Source: Pseudorhodoferax sp. (GTDB taxonomy: Bacteria > Pseudomonadota > Gammaproteobacteria > Burkholderiales > Burkholderiaceae_C). From it: DNA of 64,000 nucleotides. Position numbers and translations under genes: made by a program. The stretch's first letter is position 1. Each line of letters begins with the position of its first letter. The stretch spans positions 5,290,691-5,354,690 of the forward strand of contig NZ_JASGJZ010000001.1 of NCBI RefSeq assembly GCF_047601025.1, in the 5' to 3' direction. The notes under the pieces are model-generated. The model was not told the DNA's origin. It searched no databases and saw only the letters and a program-made list of their open reading frames with translations. Below are positions 27,254-38,110 of this stretch, piece after piece.

Positions 27254-28998
27254 ATGAACACTTCACTCCGGGAGCACGTACCGATGAACCGTCCCCTGCT
27301 GCAACTGGCTGGCGTCGCACGCTGGCGGGTCGTGCTCGCCACCACCGTCGGGCTGCTCGCCACGGCCTGCCATGTGCTGCAGGGCGTGTTCGTGTCGCTG
27401 GCCCTGGCGGCCTTGCTGGCGGGCTCGCCGCTGCGCCGGGCGACCGGCTGGCTGGCGGCCTTTGCCGCTGTGGTCGCCGTGCGCGGCGTGCTCGTGTGGC
27501 TGGCCGAGGTCGTGGCCCAGGGTGTCGCCCAGCGCACGAAGGAAGATCTGCGCCAGCGGCTGCTGTCGTGCCTGGTCGAGCTCGGCCCCGGCCTGTCGTC
27601 GCACCGGCGGACCGGCGACCTGCAGGCGACGATCGTCGCGGGCGTGGAGGCGCTGGAGAGCTACTACAGCCGCTACCTGCCGGCCGTCTTCGTCGCGGTC
27701 TTCGGCTGCGCGGGCGTGCTGCTGTGCCTGGCCTGGGTGGACTGGAAGTCCGCCCTGCTGCTGGCGGCGTTCGTCGCCGCGTTCCCGGTCGCCGACCATT
27801 TGTGGCTGCGCTGGCGCATGCCCACGTCGTCCGGCGTCTTCGCTGCGATGGGCGCGTTCGGCGCCTACCTGCTCGACAGCCTGCAGGGCATCGTCACGCT
27901 GAAGGCCTTCGATGCCTCGGCGCGGCGCCGGTCCGTCCTGGCCCGGCGCGCCGCCGACCTGCGCCGCGCGTCGATGGCCACGCTCACGGTGTCGCTGGCG
28001 CGCACCGGCCTGACCGGCTTCATTTCGCTGGGTGGTATCGCGCTCGTGCTCGCGTTCAACGCCTGGCGCACCGCGGCTGGCGAGCTGGCGCCCTTCGCGC
28101 TCTTCCTGACGCTGTTCCTCGCCCGAGAAGCCTTCCGGCCGCTCGATCGGCTGGAGCGGGAGTTCCACACCGCCTGGTCGGCCAGCGGGGCGGTGGCGCC
28201 GATCGCGGCCCTGCTGGAGGCCACACCCGACGTGCGCGGGCCCGGCCGGCCGGCGGCGCTGCCCGCGCGCAGCGACATCGCCTTCGAGAACGTGGACTTC
28301 GCCTACGGCAAGGGGGAAGCGCCGGCGCTTTCCTCCGTCTCCTTCGCCGTGCGCGAGAAGGAGTTCGTCGCGCTGGTGGGCCCGTCGGGCGCCGGGAAAT
28401 CCACGGTGATCGCGCTGTTGCTGCGCTTCTTCGACCCTGCGGGCGGCTGCATACGCATCGGCGGCACCGACATCCGCACGCTGGACCTGGACGCGCTGCG
28501 CTCGCTCGTCAGCGTGGTGTCGCAGGACACCTTCCTGTTCCACGGCAGCATCGAGGACAACCTGCGCATCGCGAAGCCGGGCGCGACGCTGGACGAGATC
28601 CGCGCCGCCGCGGGGGCCGCGCATATCGACGATTTCATCCAGGGCCTGCCGCAGGGCTACGCCACGCCGGTCGGCGAGCGCGGCGCCCGGCTCTCGGGCG
28701 GCCAGCGCCAGCGCCTGGCGATCGCGCGGGCGCTGCTGAAGGACGCGCCGATCCTGCTGCTCGACGAGGCCACCTCCAGCGTCGACGCCGCCAGCGAGCA
28801 GGCGATCCAGCAGGCGCTGGCCGCCCTCGCCGGCCGGCGCACGACGCTGGTGATCGCCCACCGCCTGTCTACCATCCGCCGCGCCGACCGCATCCTCGTG
28901 CTCGATGCGGGCCGCATCGTCGAGCAAGGGGACCACGGCAGCCTGGCGGGCGCCGAAGGCCTCTATGCCCGCCTGATGCGCGTGCCGGGAGAAGCCGC

Positions 28999-29002
<4 letters not shown>
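27254..29002 (+). CDS. Fused permease-ATPase ABC transporter subunit (exporter fold; CydD/YbtP/IrtA-like)
   Basis: Six-TMS N-domain. Walker A GPSGAGKST, signature LSGGQRQR, Walker B ILLLDEATS. ATG at 27254 (or 27284). The stop overlaps the next start (ATGA). Confidence 0.85.
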
Positions 29003-30776
<1,774 letters not shown>

Positions 30777-30780
<4 letters not shown>

Positions 30781-31238
30781 TCCGCCATGACCTCTCCCAC
30801 TGGCCGCTGGTCCTCAGCGTCGCGCGCGGCCCGAGCACGCTGGCCGAGCACGACGCCTTCCTGGCCGAATGGAACCACTGGCTCGACCGCGGCGAGCGCT
30901 TCGCGACCCTGCGCGTGTTCGCCGACGCCGCGGCCCTCGCCCACCCGGACGGTGCCGCCCGCGGCGCCAAGGCCTGGCTGCAGGCCAACGCCGGGCGCCT
31001 GCAGGCGCAAGTGACCGCCATGGCGACCGTTGTGCCGCCCGAGCAGCTCGCGCCGGTGCGCCGCATGAACGCCGAGAAGCTGTTCGGCGTGCCGGCGCAG
31101 GCCTTCGGCGGCATCGACGACGCGCTGGACTGGCTGGAGCGGGTCGCCGCGCCCGCCTCCACCTGGCGCCGCGACGCGGCCGCCGAACGGCTGCGGCGCA
31201 TCCTCGGCGAAAATCGGCCCCACCCATCCCCGCCCTGA
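30777..31238 (+). CDS. Hypothetical 153-aa soluble protein translationally coupled to the ABC pair
   Basis: ATGA overlap with the ABC stop and host-like codon usage. I recognise no family (MIRHDLSHWPLVLSVARGPSTLAEHDAFLAEWNHWLDRGERFATLRVF...). Confidence 0.55.
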
Positions 31239-31281
31239 TCGGGCTCCACCGGTCAGCCAGCACTCCGCCAGCCAGCCCACG

Positions 31282-31905
31282 ATGCCCCCCGCCACAGCCG
31301 CTGCCCCAGCCACCACGCGCCCGCGCACCAAGCCGGCCGTCGTCCGCCGCGAGGAACTGATGGATGCCGCGCAGGCGTTGTTCCTCGACAAGGGCTTCGA
31401 CGCCACCAGCGTCGACGAGATCGTCGCCCAGGCCGGCGTCGCCAAGGGCACGTTCTACTTCCATTTCAAGACCAAGGACGATGTGCTGCGGGCGCTGCGG
31501 GAACGCTTCGTCGTGAAGTTCCATGAACGCCTGGAAAGTGCGGTGGCCGCCTGCGCGCCGGACGACTGGAGCGGCCGGCTCGAAGCCTGGATGGAGGCGG
31601 CCGTCGACGGCTACCTGGACCAGTTCGCGCTGCACGATCTGGTGTTCCACGAGTTCCGCCCGTCGAGCCGCCGCATGCAGCACGACAACCCGATCACCCG
31701 GCACCTGGCGACGTTGATCGCGGACGGGGCGCAAAACGGCGCATGGACGGCGCCCTATCCCCGCCTGATGGCTGCGATGCTGTTCGGAGGCTTCCATGGC
31801 GCCGTCGACGAGGAGATCGTCGCGCCGTCGAAGACGACCCGCCAACGGTTGACCGCCGAGGTCCTGCGCTTCTGCCGGATGGCGCTCGGGCTGGCGTGTT
31901 CGTGA
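31282..31905 (+). CDS. TetR-family transcriptional regulator
   Basis: HTH region LMDAAQALFLDKGFDATSVDEIVAQAGVAKGTFYFHFKTKDDVL. Confidence 0.85.
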   Translation: MPPATAAAPATTRPRTKPAVVRREELMDAAQALFLDKGFDATSVDEIVAQAGVAKGTFYFHFKTKDDVLRALRERFVVKFHERLESAVAACAPDDWSGRLEAWMEAAVDGYLDQFALHDLVFHEFRPSSRRMQHDNPITRHLATLIADGAQNGAWTAPYPRLMAAMLFGGFHGAVDEEIVAPSKTTRQRLTAEVLRFCRMALGLACS

Positions 31906-31923
31906 CGAAAGGCCTTCGAGCCC

Positions 31924-31943
31924 CCCCCTCCGGCAACAGGGGG
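31924..31943. terminator. GC hairpin between convergent genes (possible bidirectional terminator)
   Basis: CCCCCT-ccggcaac-AGGGGG is a 6-bp stem inside a C8 run. It lies between the TetR stop and the stop of the convergent deaminase gene. There is no clear T-tract. Confidence 0.25.
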
Positions 31944-31973
31944 CGCGGTCGCTGCCGGAGCGAGGCGGCACGC

Positions 31974-33350
31974 TCAGTCCACGCGCACCAGGTCGTCCAG
32001 TTCGCGATAGTCCGGCGGCGTGGTGTCGATGGCCCGGCCCGTGCGCAGCACGGTGCGGTCCCACTGGTGGCGCGCCAGCATCTCGGAATAGCTGCGCGCA
32101 CGCAGCACCATCAGGTCGGCCGGCATGCCGGCCTTGAGCACGCCGCGCCCCTCCAGTCCCATGATGGCCGCCGGCGTGGCGCTGGCGGCGCGGATCCAGT
32201 CGCCGAACGGGTGGTCCAGGTGCAGGATCTTCACCGCCTGGGTGTAGGTGTCGAGCATGTCGTGGTCGCCGTAGGCGTAGAAGGGGTCGCGGCAGTTGTC
32301 GCCGGCCACGGCCACCTCCAGGCCCGCGGCCTTCATCTCGTGCAGCACCGTCACGCCGCGCCAGCGCGGGGTGCGGGTGGCGTCCAGGCTGCGGTCCTGC
32401 AGGTACATGTTCACCGTCGGCAGGCTGACGATGGCGATGCCGGCCTCGCGGCAGGCGGCCAGGGTCTGGGCGATGACCTCGTCGGTCTGCAGCGCCAGCG
32501 CGGTGCAGTGGCCGCAGAGGATGCGGCCCTGGAAGCCCTGTTTGATCGCCGCCTGCGCCACGCGGATCAGCGAACGCGCGCGCGGGTCGGTGGATTCGTC
32601 CACGTGCAGGTCCACGTCGAGCCCGCGCTCGGCCGCGAGCCGGAACAGGCGCACCATGGCCTCGTCGATCTCGGGCGGCACGGGCTCCTGCGGGTGGGCC
32701 TGCGACTTGGTGACGCAGCCGAGGTTGCCGCCGCTCTCGGCAACGATGTCGGCCAGGCGCACGCCCTCCTCGCGCAGGAACACGTCCACCTGCGTGATCG
32801 ACGACACCTGCAGCGCGATGCGCCCGGCCCAGGCCTCGCGCATGGCGCGGAAGACGGGGTACGAGATCTCGGCCTGCGGCGACTGCGAATCGAGGTGCGT
32901 GCGGATCGCCACCACGCCCTTGGCATAGGCGGTGCGCAGTGCGAAGTCCATGCGCCGGCGCAGGTCCTCGGCGTTCCAGTTGGCGGTGCGGTCCTGCATG
33001 GTGGCCCGCGCGGCGCCCGCGCCGTCGCCGGTGGGGTTGGCCTGGCGCGGCCAGATGTGGCCCTTGTCCAGGTGCGTGTGCAGGTCCACGAAGCCGGGGA
33101 GCACGAGCGAGTCGTCCAGGTCCGGGCCGCGCGCGGCGTCGGTGGCGCCGGCCGGCGCGATCTGCGCGATGCGCCCGTCCGCGATGGCCAGGTCCAGCGC
33201 CACCAGGTCGCCGTCGCCGGCCGGCCGCAGGCTGGCGGCGACGGGGTCGTCGATCAGGCAGCGCGGCGCGCGCACGCGGCGCAGCACGTAGCGCCCGCCC
33301 GCCGCGCCGGGCGGGGTGAAGAAGGACGGTGTCATGCGGTCTGGCGTCAT
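31974..33350 (-). CDS. Cytosine deaminase-family amidohydrolase
   Basis: GFVDLHTHLDKGHIW (HxH metal site), IRTHLD, DLHVDES, GHCTAL and AGDNCRDPFYAYG align with the CodA-type layout. The start overlaps the upstream gene's stop. Confidence 0.8.
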   Translation of the reverse strand: MTPDRMTPSFFTPPGAAGGRYVLRRVRAPRCLIDDPVAASLRPAGDGDLVALDLAIADGRIAQIAPAGATDAARGPDLDDSLVLPGFVDLHTHLDKGHIWPRQANPTGDGAGAARATMQDRTANWNAEDLRRRMDFALRTAYAKGVVAIRTHLDSQSPQAEISYPVFRAMREAWAGRIALQVSSITQVDVFLREEGVRLADIVAESGGNLGCVTKSQAHPQEPVPPEIDEAMVRLFRLAAERGLDVDLHVDESTDPRARSLIRVAQAAIKQGFQGRILCGHCTALALQTDEVIAQTLAACREAGIAIVSLPTVNMYLQDRSLDATRTPRWRGVTVLHEMKAAGLEVAVAGDNCRDPFYAYGDHDMLDTYTQAVKILHLDHPFGDWIRAASATPAAIMGLEGRGVLKAGMPADLMVLRARSYSEMLARHQWDRTVLRTGRAIDTTPPDYRELDDLVRVD

Positions 33351-34390
33351 GGGGTCCTGCGGTTGGCGACGAACTGCATCGTGTAGAGCTGGCGCAGGTC
33401 CAGCCCGGGCTTCTGCGCGCCGACGGCGACCATCGCATCGTAGAAGCTCTTCCAGCGCTCCTCGCTCATGGTGCCGATGCCCTTGGCCTTGGTCTCGGGC
33501 GTCTCGACGATGCCGTACTTCTTCATCGCCGCGATGCCGTAGGCGATGGTGTCGCTGCCCATCTGCGGGTTGTGCTTCTGGATCATGGCGTTGGCGGCCG
33601 AGGGGTCGCCGTTGAGGTAGCCGGCCCAGCCCTTGGCGGTGGCGTCCACGAAGGCTTGCACCAGTTCGGGCCGCTCCTTGATCGTCCTGGGCGGCGCGAT
33701 GGTGACACCGACGTAGTTGTCGAAGCCCTGGTCGGCCAGCAGGTGGACCACCGGCTCCACGCCCGCCTTGCGCGCGGCGAAGGGCTCGCTGGTCACGTAG
33801 CCCTGCACGGTGGTCTGCTTGTCCACCAGCCAGGGCGCGAGGCTGAAGGCGTAGGGGCGCAGCTGGTCGTCGGTCATGCCGAACTTGGCCTTGAGCCACA
33901 GCCAGTAGGTCTGGCGCCCGGTGGTGGCGACCATCAGCGGCTTGCCCTTCAGCGCGGCCAGCGTGTCGTTGCCCATGCCGGGATGCGACATCAGCACGCG
34001 CGGGTCCTTCTGGAAGAAGGCGGCCACGGCGACGGCGGGGATCTTGTCCTGCGCGAAGCCGAAGGCGCGGAAGCCGTCCACGTCGGCGAAGTCGCAGGTG
34101 CCGGCCGCGAACAGCTGCACCACGTTGACCTGCGGGCCGCCGGGCCGGATCTCGACGTCCAGGCCATGCTCGCGGTAGATGCCGGTGGCCTGCGCGTGGT
34201 AGAAGCCCCCGTGCTCGGCCTGCGCGAGCCAGCCGGACTGCACGCTGACCCGGGTCAGCCCCTGCGCCGTGGCGCGCGGCAGGAAGGCAGGCATGTGGGA
34301 CGCGGCGGCCACGCCGCCGAAGGCGGCGATCACCTTGCGGCGCGTGAGCGATGGCTTGCCGGAAGCGGTGTTCATGGCGGTTCCTTTCAT
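33347..34390 (-). CDS. NMT1/THI5-like (NitT/TauT-type) periplasmic substrate-binding protein, orphan
   Basis: Tat-like leader LTRRKVIAAFGGVAAAS. The mature part VSVQSGWLAQAEHGGFYHAQATGIYREHGLDVEIRPGG is typical of the NMT1/ThiY-like family. No permease or ATPase gene is nearby. Confidence 0.75.
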   Translation of the reverse strand: MKGTAMNTASGKPSLTRRKVIAAFGGVAAASHMPAFLPRATAQGLTRVSVQSGWLAQAEHGGFYHAQATGIYREHGLDVEIRPGGPQVNVVQLFAAGTCDFADVDGFRAFGFAQDKIPAVAVAAFFQKDPRVLMSHPGMGNDTLAALKGKPLMVATTGRQTYWLWLKAKFGMTDDQLRPYAFSLAPWLVDKQTTVQGYVTSEPFAARKAGVEPVVHLLADQGFDNYVGVTIAPPRTIKERPELVQAFVDATAKGWAGYLNGDPSAANAMIQKHNPQMGSDTIAYGIAAMKKYGIVETPETKAKGIGTMSEERWKSFYDAMVAVGAQKPGLDLRQLYTMQFVANRRTP

Positions 34391-34412
34391 GGGAAGCAGT
34401 GCGCAGGGACGG

Positions 34413-35843
34413 TCAGGCGACGGCGGCCTCGTCGCGCTCGCGCGCGTCCTTGCCGCGGAAGCGCCAGCCACCGCTGGGCAGCGCGCCGCCGGTGCTTTCC
34501 TTGGCGGCGGCGGCATCGAAGCGCAGCTTGCCGGGGTTCATCAGGCCGTGCGGATCCATGGCCTGCTTGAAGGCGGCATCGGCGTCGTCCAGCGACTTCA
34601 TGCCGCCCTCCTTGACCAGGAAGGTGTGGTTGTTGGCGACCATCGCGCCGTCCTCGGCCATGCCGCGCATCACCTCGGCCAGCTGCGCCTCGCTCTCGTA
34701 GCGGAAGAAGGGCGAGCCCTGGAAGCTGAGCTTGCCGTCGAAGCGCTTGGCCTCGAAGTGCATGCCCAGCATGTGCGAGAAGCGCTGGTGGCTGCGGCCG
34801 ATGGCGCCCACCAGGTCCGGGTCCAGGTACAGGCCCACGTTGCTGATCACCTCCGGATGCTCGCGGTTGACATGCATGCGGGTGTGGCCCCAGCTCATCT
34901 CGTAGATCGGGATGCGGTAGGGGCCCTCGGCCTCGGGCGCGTCGCTGGTGATGCAGCCGCCGAACTCCCTGACCAGCGCCTGGAACGCTTCCATGAAGGG
35001 CGCGGCCACCATCGCCAGCACCAGGCCGTCGCAGTCGTCGCGGCCGTAGGGGCGCAGCACGCGCATCATGCGGTAGATGGGGCCGCCCATCACGCTGACG
35101 AGCTTCTTCGGGATGCCGTCGCTGGTGGCCAGCGCGTGCGAGAAGCGCACCGCGGTCATGAACTCGGGGAACACGACCACCGCCTCGCGCCAGGGCCAGG
35201 CCGGCGCCAGCGGCATCTCCAGCTCGGTGATGATGCCGTTGCTGCCATAGGCGTGGTGCACACGGTTCACGTCGTCGCCGCGCAGCTGCACCACGCGCGG
35301 CTCTTCTTCCACGCTCACCACCTCCAGGCCGAGGATGTTGCCGCGGTCGCGCAGGATGCCCCAGGCGCAGCTGCCCACGCCCGCGTGGCCGCCGCCGACG
35401 AAGCCGCCGATGGTGGCGACCTTCTTGGTCGACGAATGGATGCGCAGCTCCCAGCCCTGCGGCCGCGTGGCCTCGTCGATGGCCGCCAGGCGCGCGCCGG
35501 CCTCGGCACGCACGCTGCCGGGGCGCTGCCACAGCACGCGCGCGAGGCCCGTCATGTCCACCATCGCGCCGCCCGCGAGCGGGATGCCCTGGCCGAAGTT
35601 GCAGGTGCCGCCGCCGCGCATCACCAGCGGCATGCGGCTGCGCGCCGCGGCCGAGGCGATGCGCAGCACGTCGGCCTTGTCGCGCGGCCGCACGATCACG
35701 TCGGCCACGTGGGCCAGCGCGTCGTCCTTCATCACGGGGCTGAAGTTGGCCGTCATGTCGCGGCTCCTGCGGCGCACGATGTCGGGGTCGGAAATGGCGG
35801 GGACGTCGCCCAGCGCGGCGAGGAAGGCAGCGGTGTCGTTCAT
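34413..35843 (-). CDS. FAD-binding oxidoreductase (FAD_binding_4 / GlcD-like)
   Basis: VIVRPRDKADVLRIASAAARSRMPLVMRGGGTCNFGQ, followed by GGFVGGGHAGVGS. ATG at 35843 gives 476 aa. Confidence 0.8.
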   Translation of the reverse strand: MNDTAAFLAALGDVPAISDPDIVRRRSRDMTANFSPVMKDDALAHVADVIVRPRDKADVLRIASAAARSRMPLVMRGGGTCNFGQGIPLAGGAMVDMTGLARVLWQRPGSVRAEAGARLAAIDEATRPQGWELRIHSSTKKVATIGGFVGGGHAGVGSCAWGILRDRGNILGLEVVSVEEEPRVVQLRGDDVNRVHHAYGSNGIITELEMPLAPAWPWREAVVVFPEFMTAVRFSHALATSDGIPKKLVSVMGGPIYRMMRVLRPYGRDDCDGLVLAMVAAPFMEAFQALVREFGGCITSDAPEAEGPYRIPIYEMSWGHTRMHVNREHPEVISNVGLYLDPDLVGAIGRSHQRFSHMLGMHFEAKRFDGKLSFQGSPFFRYESEAQLAEVMRGMAEDGAMVANNHTFLVKEGGMKSLDDADAAFKQAMDPHGLMNPGKLRFDAAAAKESTGGALPSGGWRFRGKDARERDEAAVA

Positions 35844-35998
35844 GCCAGGGTTCTCCAGGAAAGTGGAAAGCAACAGAGGAATGGCGCCGCCGCTGCGGGG
35901 CAATCTCGCCGCCCCACGGCGGGTACGCATGCACCGCCGCGGAACGCGAACCCTGGGCTGGTCACGTCGTCGGCATCGGCCGTGCAAGGAATGTGCCC

Positions 35999-36018
35999 AT
36001 GCGTGAAATTGCACGCAT
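35999..36018. promoter_or_regulatory. 20-bp near-perfect palindrome, candidate MarR operator
   Basis: ATGCGTGAAATTGCACGCAT has 7-bp perfect arms ATGCGTG/CACGCAT. It lies 55 nt upstream of the marR start, in the divergent intergenic region. Confidence 0.45.
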
Positions 36019-36072
36019 CTGGCGGGAGCGCTACAGTGGCCGCACGGCGCCGGCAGGGAGGGCGCCCATGCG

Positions 36073-36504
36073 ATGGAGCTCGAGGACCACATCTTCTTTC
36101 TGTGCACCCAGGTGGTGTACCGGCGCGACCGGGCCATCAACGAGGTGCTGCGCCCGCTGGGGCTGCTCAACACCGAATGGCGCACGCTGGGCACGCTGGT
36201 GCACCAGGGGCCGCAGACGATGCAGGCGCTGGCGCAGTGGACCGCCTACGAGCGCACGCGGCTCACCCGCATCCTGCACGGCATGCAGGAGCGCCACTGG
36301 GTCGAGCGCACCGCCGCGGAGCACGACGGCCGCTCGGTGCTGGTGCGCATCGCGCCGCCCGGCCGCGCCGTGTACACCCGGGCCGCGAAGGCGGTCGAAG
36401 CCCTGACGGACGAGGTGCTGGCCGCCTGCACCCCGGCGGAGATCGCGCGGGTGCGCAAGTCGCTGCAGGCCCTGCGCGAGCGGCTGATCGCCTTCGGCTA
36501 CTAG
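36073..36504 (+). CDS. MarR-family transcriptional regulator
   Basis: 143 aa. The wHTH region reads WRTLGTLVHQGPQTMQALAQWTAYERTRLTRILHGMQERHWVERTAAEHDGRSVLVRIAPPG. Confidence 0.9.
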   Translation: MELEDHIFFLCTQVVYRRDRAINEVLRPLGLLNTEWRTLGTLVHQGPQTMQALAQWTAYERTRLTRILHGMQERHWVERTAAEHDGRSVLVRIAPPGRAVYTRAAKAVEALTDEVLAACTPAEIARVRKSLQALRERLIAFGY

Positions 36505-36533
36505 GGCGACCGCCGAGCGCACGGCGGGCAGTG

Positions 36534-36548
36534 CCCCCCCCCGGGGGG
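36534..36548. repeat. Homopolymeric C9-G6 tract (self-complementary)
   Basis: CCCCCCCCCGGGGGG was read directly from the sequence. It sits 30 nt after the marR stop and about 155 nt before the SWIM gene start. Confidence 0.9.
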
Positions 36549-36703
36549 CTTCGGCGCGGAAGGCGATGAATCAATCCGTTCCTCGTCGAATTTTTCAGGG
36601 CTGCCGGCACGGCGGGCCGCGCCAAGCTGGTAGTCTCCACGCCGCGCTGCAGGCGGGGCATCCGACGGGCCGGCGCAGAAGAAGAATCAACGAGGGAGCG
36701 TCG

Positions 36704-38110
36704 GTGTCGAGCGTGTTCGCAACTGAAGCCGAGGTGCTGGCGCTGGCGCCGGACGCGGCATCCGCCAAGGCGGCCAAGGGGCTGCAATCGATCGCCAAAT
36801 GGCCCACCGTGGGCAGCAACGGGGTGGCGGTCTGGGGCGAGTGCCAGGGCAGCGGCAGCAAGCCCTACCAAACCCAGGTCGAGCTGGGCGGGCCGGCTTT
36901 CAAGTGCTCGTGCCCCAGCCGCAAGTTTCCCTGCAAGCACGGGCTGGCGCTGATGCTGCTGCGCGCCAACGGGCAGGTGCCCGAGGCAGGCGAGCCGCCC
37001 GCCTGGGTGAGCCAATGGCTGCAAGGCCGCCAGCAGAAGGCCGAGCAGAAAGAGGCCAAGGCCGCGGCCATCGCCGCCGCGCCCCCGCCCGACCCTGAAA
37101 CGATCGCCCGGCAGCAGGCCCGGCGCGAGGACAAGCGCTGGGACAAGGCCGCCGCCGGCATGCAGGAGCTGTCGCTGTGGCTGCAGGACATGGTGCGCGG
37201 CGGCCTGGCCAACCTGGCCGGTGATGCCCAGGCCCGCGCCCAGTGGCACAACATGGCCGCGCGCATGGTGGATGCCCAGGCCGGCGGCATGTCGGCCCGC
37301 ATCAAGGACGCCTGGGCGCTGGTGGATGGCCATCCCGGCTGGCCGCGGGACCTGCTGGCACAGCTGGGCCATTGGCAGTTGGTGGTGGATGCCGTGCAGC
37401 GCCGCGATGCGCTGCCCGCGCCGGTCAAGGCCGACCTGATGGCGGCCCTGGGCTGGCCGCTGGACAAGGCCGAGGTGCAGGCGCAGGGCGAGCCGCTGAT
37501 GGACGTGTGGCTGGTGGCCGGGTTGCGCACGATGGAACGCGAAGGCCGCCTGCTGGAGCGCCGCGTCTGGCTGCAGGGCGTGCAATCGGGCCGCACGGCG
37601 CTGGTGCTCGACTATTCGCAGGGCGGGCGCGGTTTCGACACGGTGTGGCTGGCGGGCCGGGCCTATGGCTGCGCGCTGCATTTCTACCCGGGCCAGGCGC
37701 CGCTGCGGGCCATCGCGGCCCAGGGCAATGCCGAGGGCCTGCTGCCGGCCGGCGCCGTGCCGCTGGCCATTGAGCAGCCCCTGCAGCAGCTGGGCCGGCG
37801 CATCGCCGCCAACCCGCTGCAGGCCGTGCAGCCGCTGTGGGGCGCACAAGCCGGGCTGCGGTTTGCCGACGGGCAATGGTGGGCGATCTGGGCCGACCCG
37901 CCAGGCGCGGTGCCCGCCGTCATCGACGACGACGAGGCCTGGCACCTGCTGGCGCTGACCGGCGGCGCGCCCATGCTGCTGTTTGGCGAATGGGACATCG
38001 GCCGGGGGCACGGCGGCAGCTGGCGCCTGCTCAGCGCCTGGCAGGCCGATGCAGGCGATGCCGCCGGCACGCGGCAATGCATCTGGCATCACCGCAGCGA
38101 GGTCGCATGA
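36704..38110 (+). CDS. SWIM zinc-finger protein (gene 1 of five-gene operon)
   Basis: GTG at 36704 is preceded by GAGGGAG. SWIM motif CSCPSRKFPCKH (CxC-x7-CxH). A Lys/Glu/Ala-rich linker is followed by a long C-terminal domain. The stop overlaps the next start (ATGA). Confidence 0.8.
   Translation: MSSVFATEAEVLALAPDAASAKAAKGLQSIAKWPTVGSNGVAVWGECQGSGSKPYQTQVELGGPAFKCSCPSRKFPCKHGLALMLLRANGQVPEAGEPPAWVSQWLQGRQQKAEQKEAKAAAIAAAPPPDPETIARQQARREDKRWDKAAAGMQELSLWLQDMVRGGLANLAGDAQARAQWHNMAARMVDAQAGGMSARIKDAWALVDGHPGWPRDLLAQLGHWQLVVDAVQRRDALPAPVKADLMAALGWPLDKAEVQAQGEPLMDVWLVAGLRTMEREGRLLERRVWLQGVQSGRTALVLDYSQGGRGFDTVWLAGRAYGCALHFYPGQAPLRAIAAQGNAEGLLPAGAVPLAIEQPLQQLGRRIAANPLQAVQPLWGAQAGLRFADGQWWAIWADPPGAVPAVIDDDEAWHLLALTGGAPMLLFGEWDIGRGHGGSWRLLSAWQADAGDAAGTRQCIWHHRSEVA

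Noticed and set aside
36566-36703. An ATG at 36566 as the start of the SWIM gene.
   Set aside because: The first 46 codons are Arg-rich and lack an RBS. The GTG at 36704 has the strong Shine-Dalgarno sequence GAGGGAG 6 nt upstream. The choice remains uncertain.
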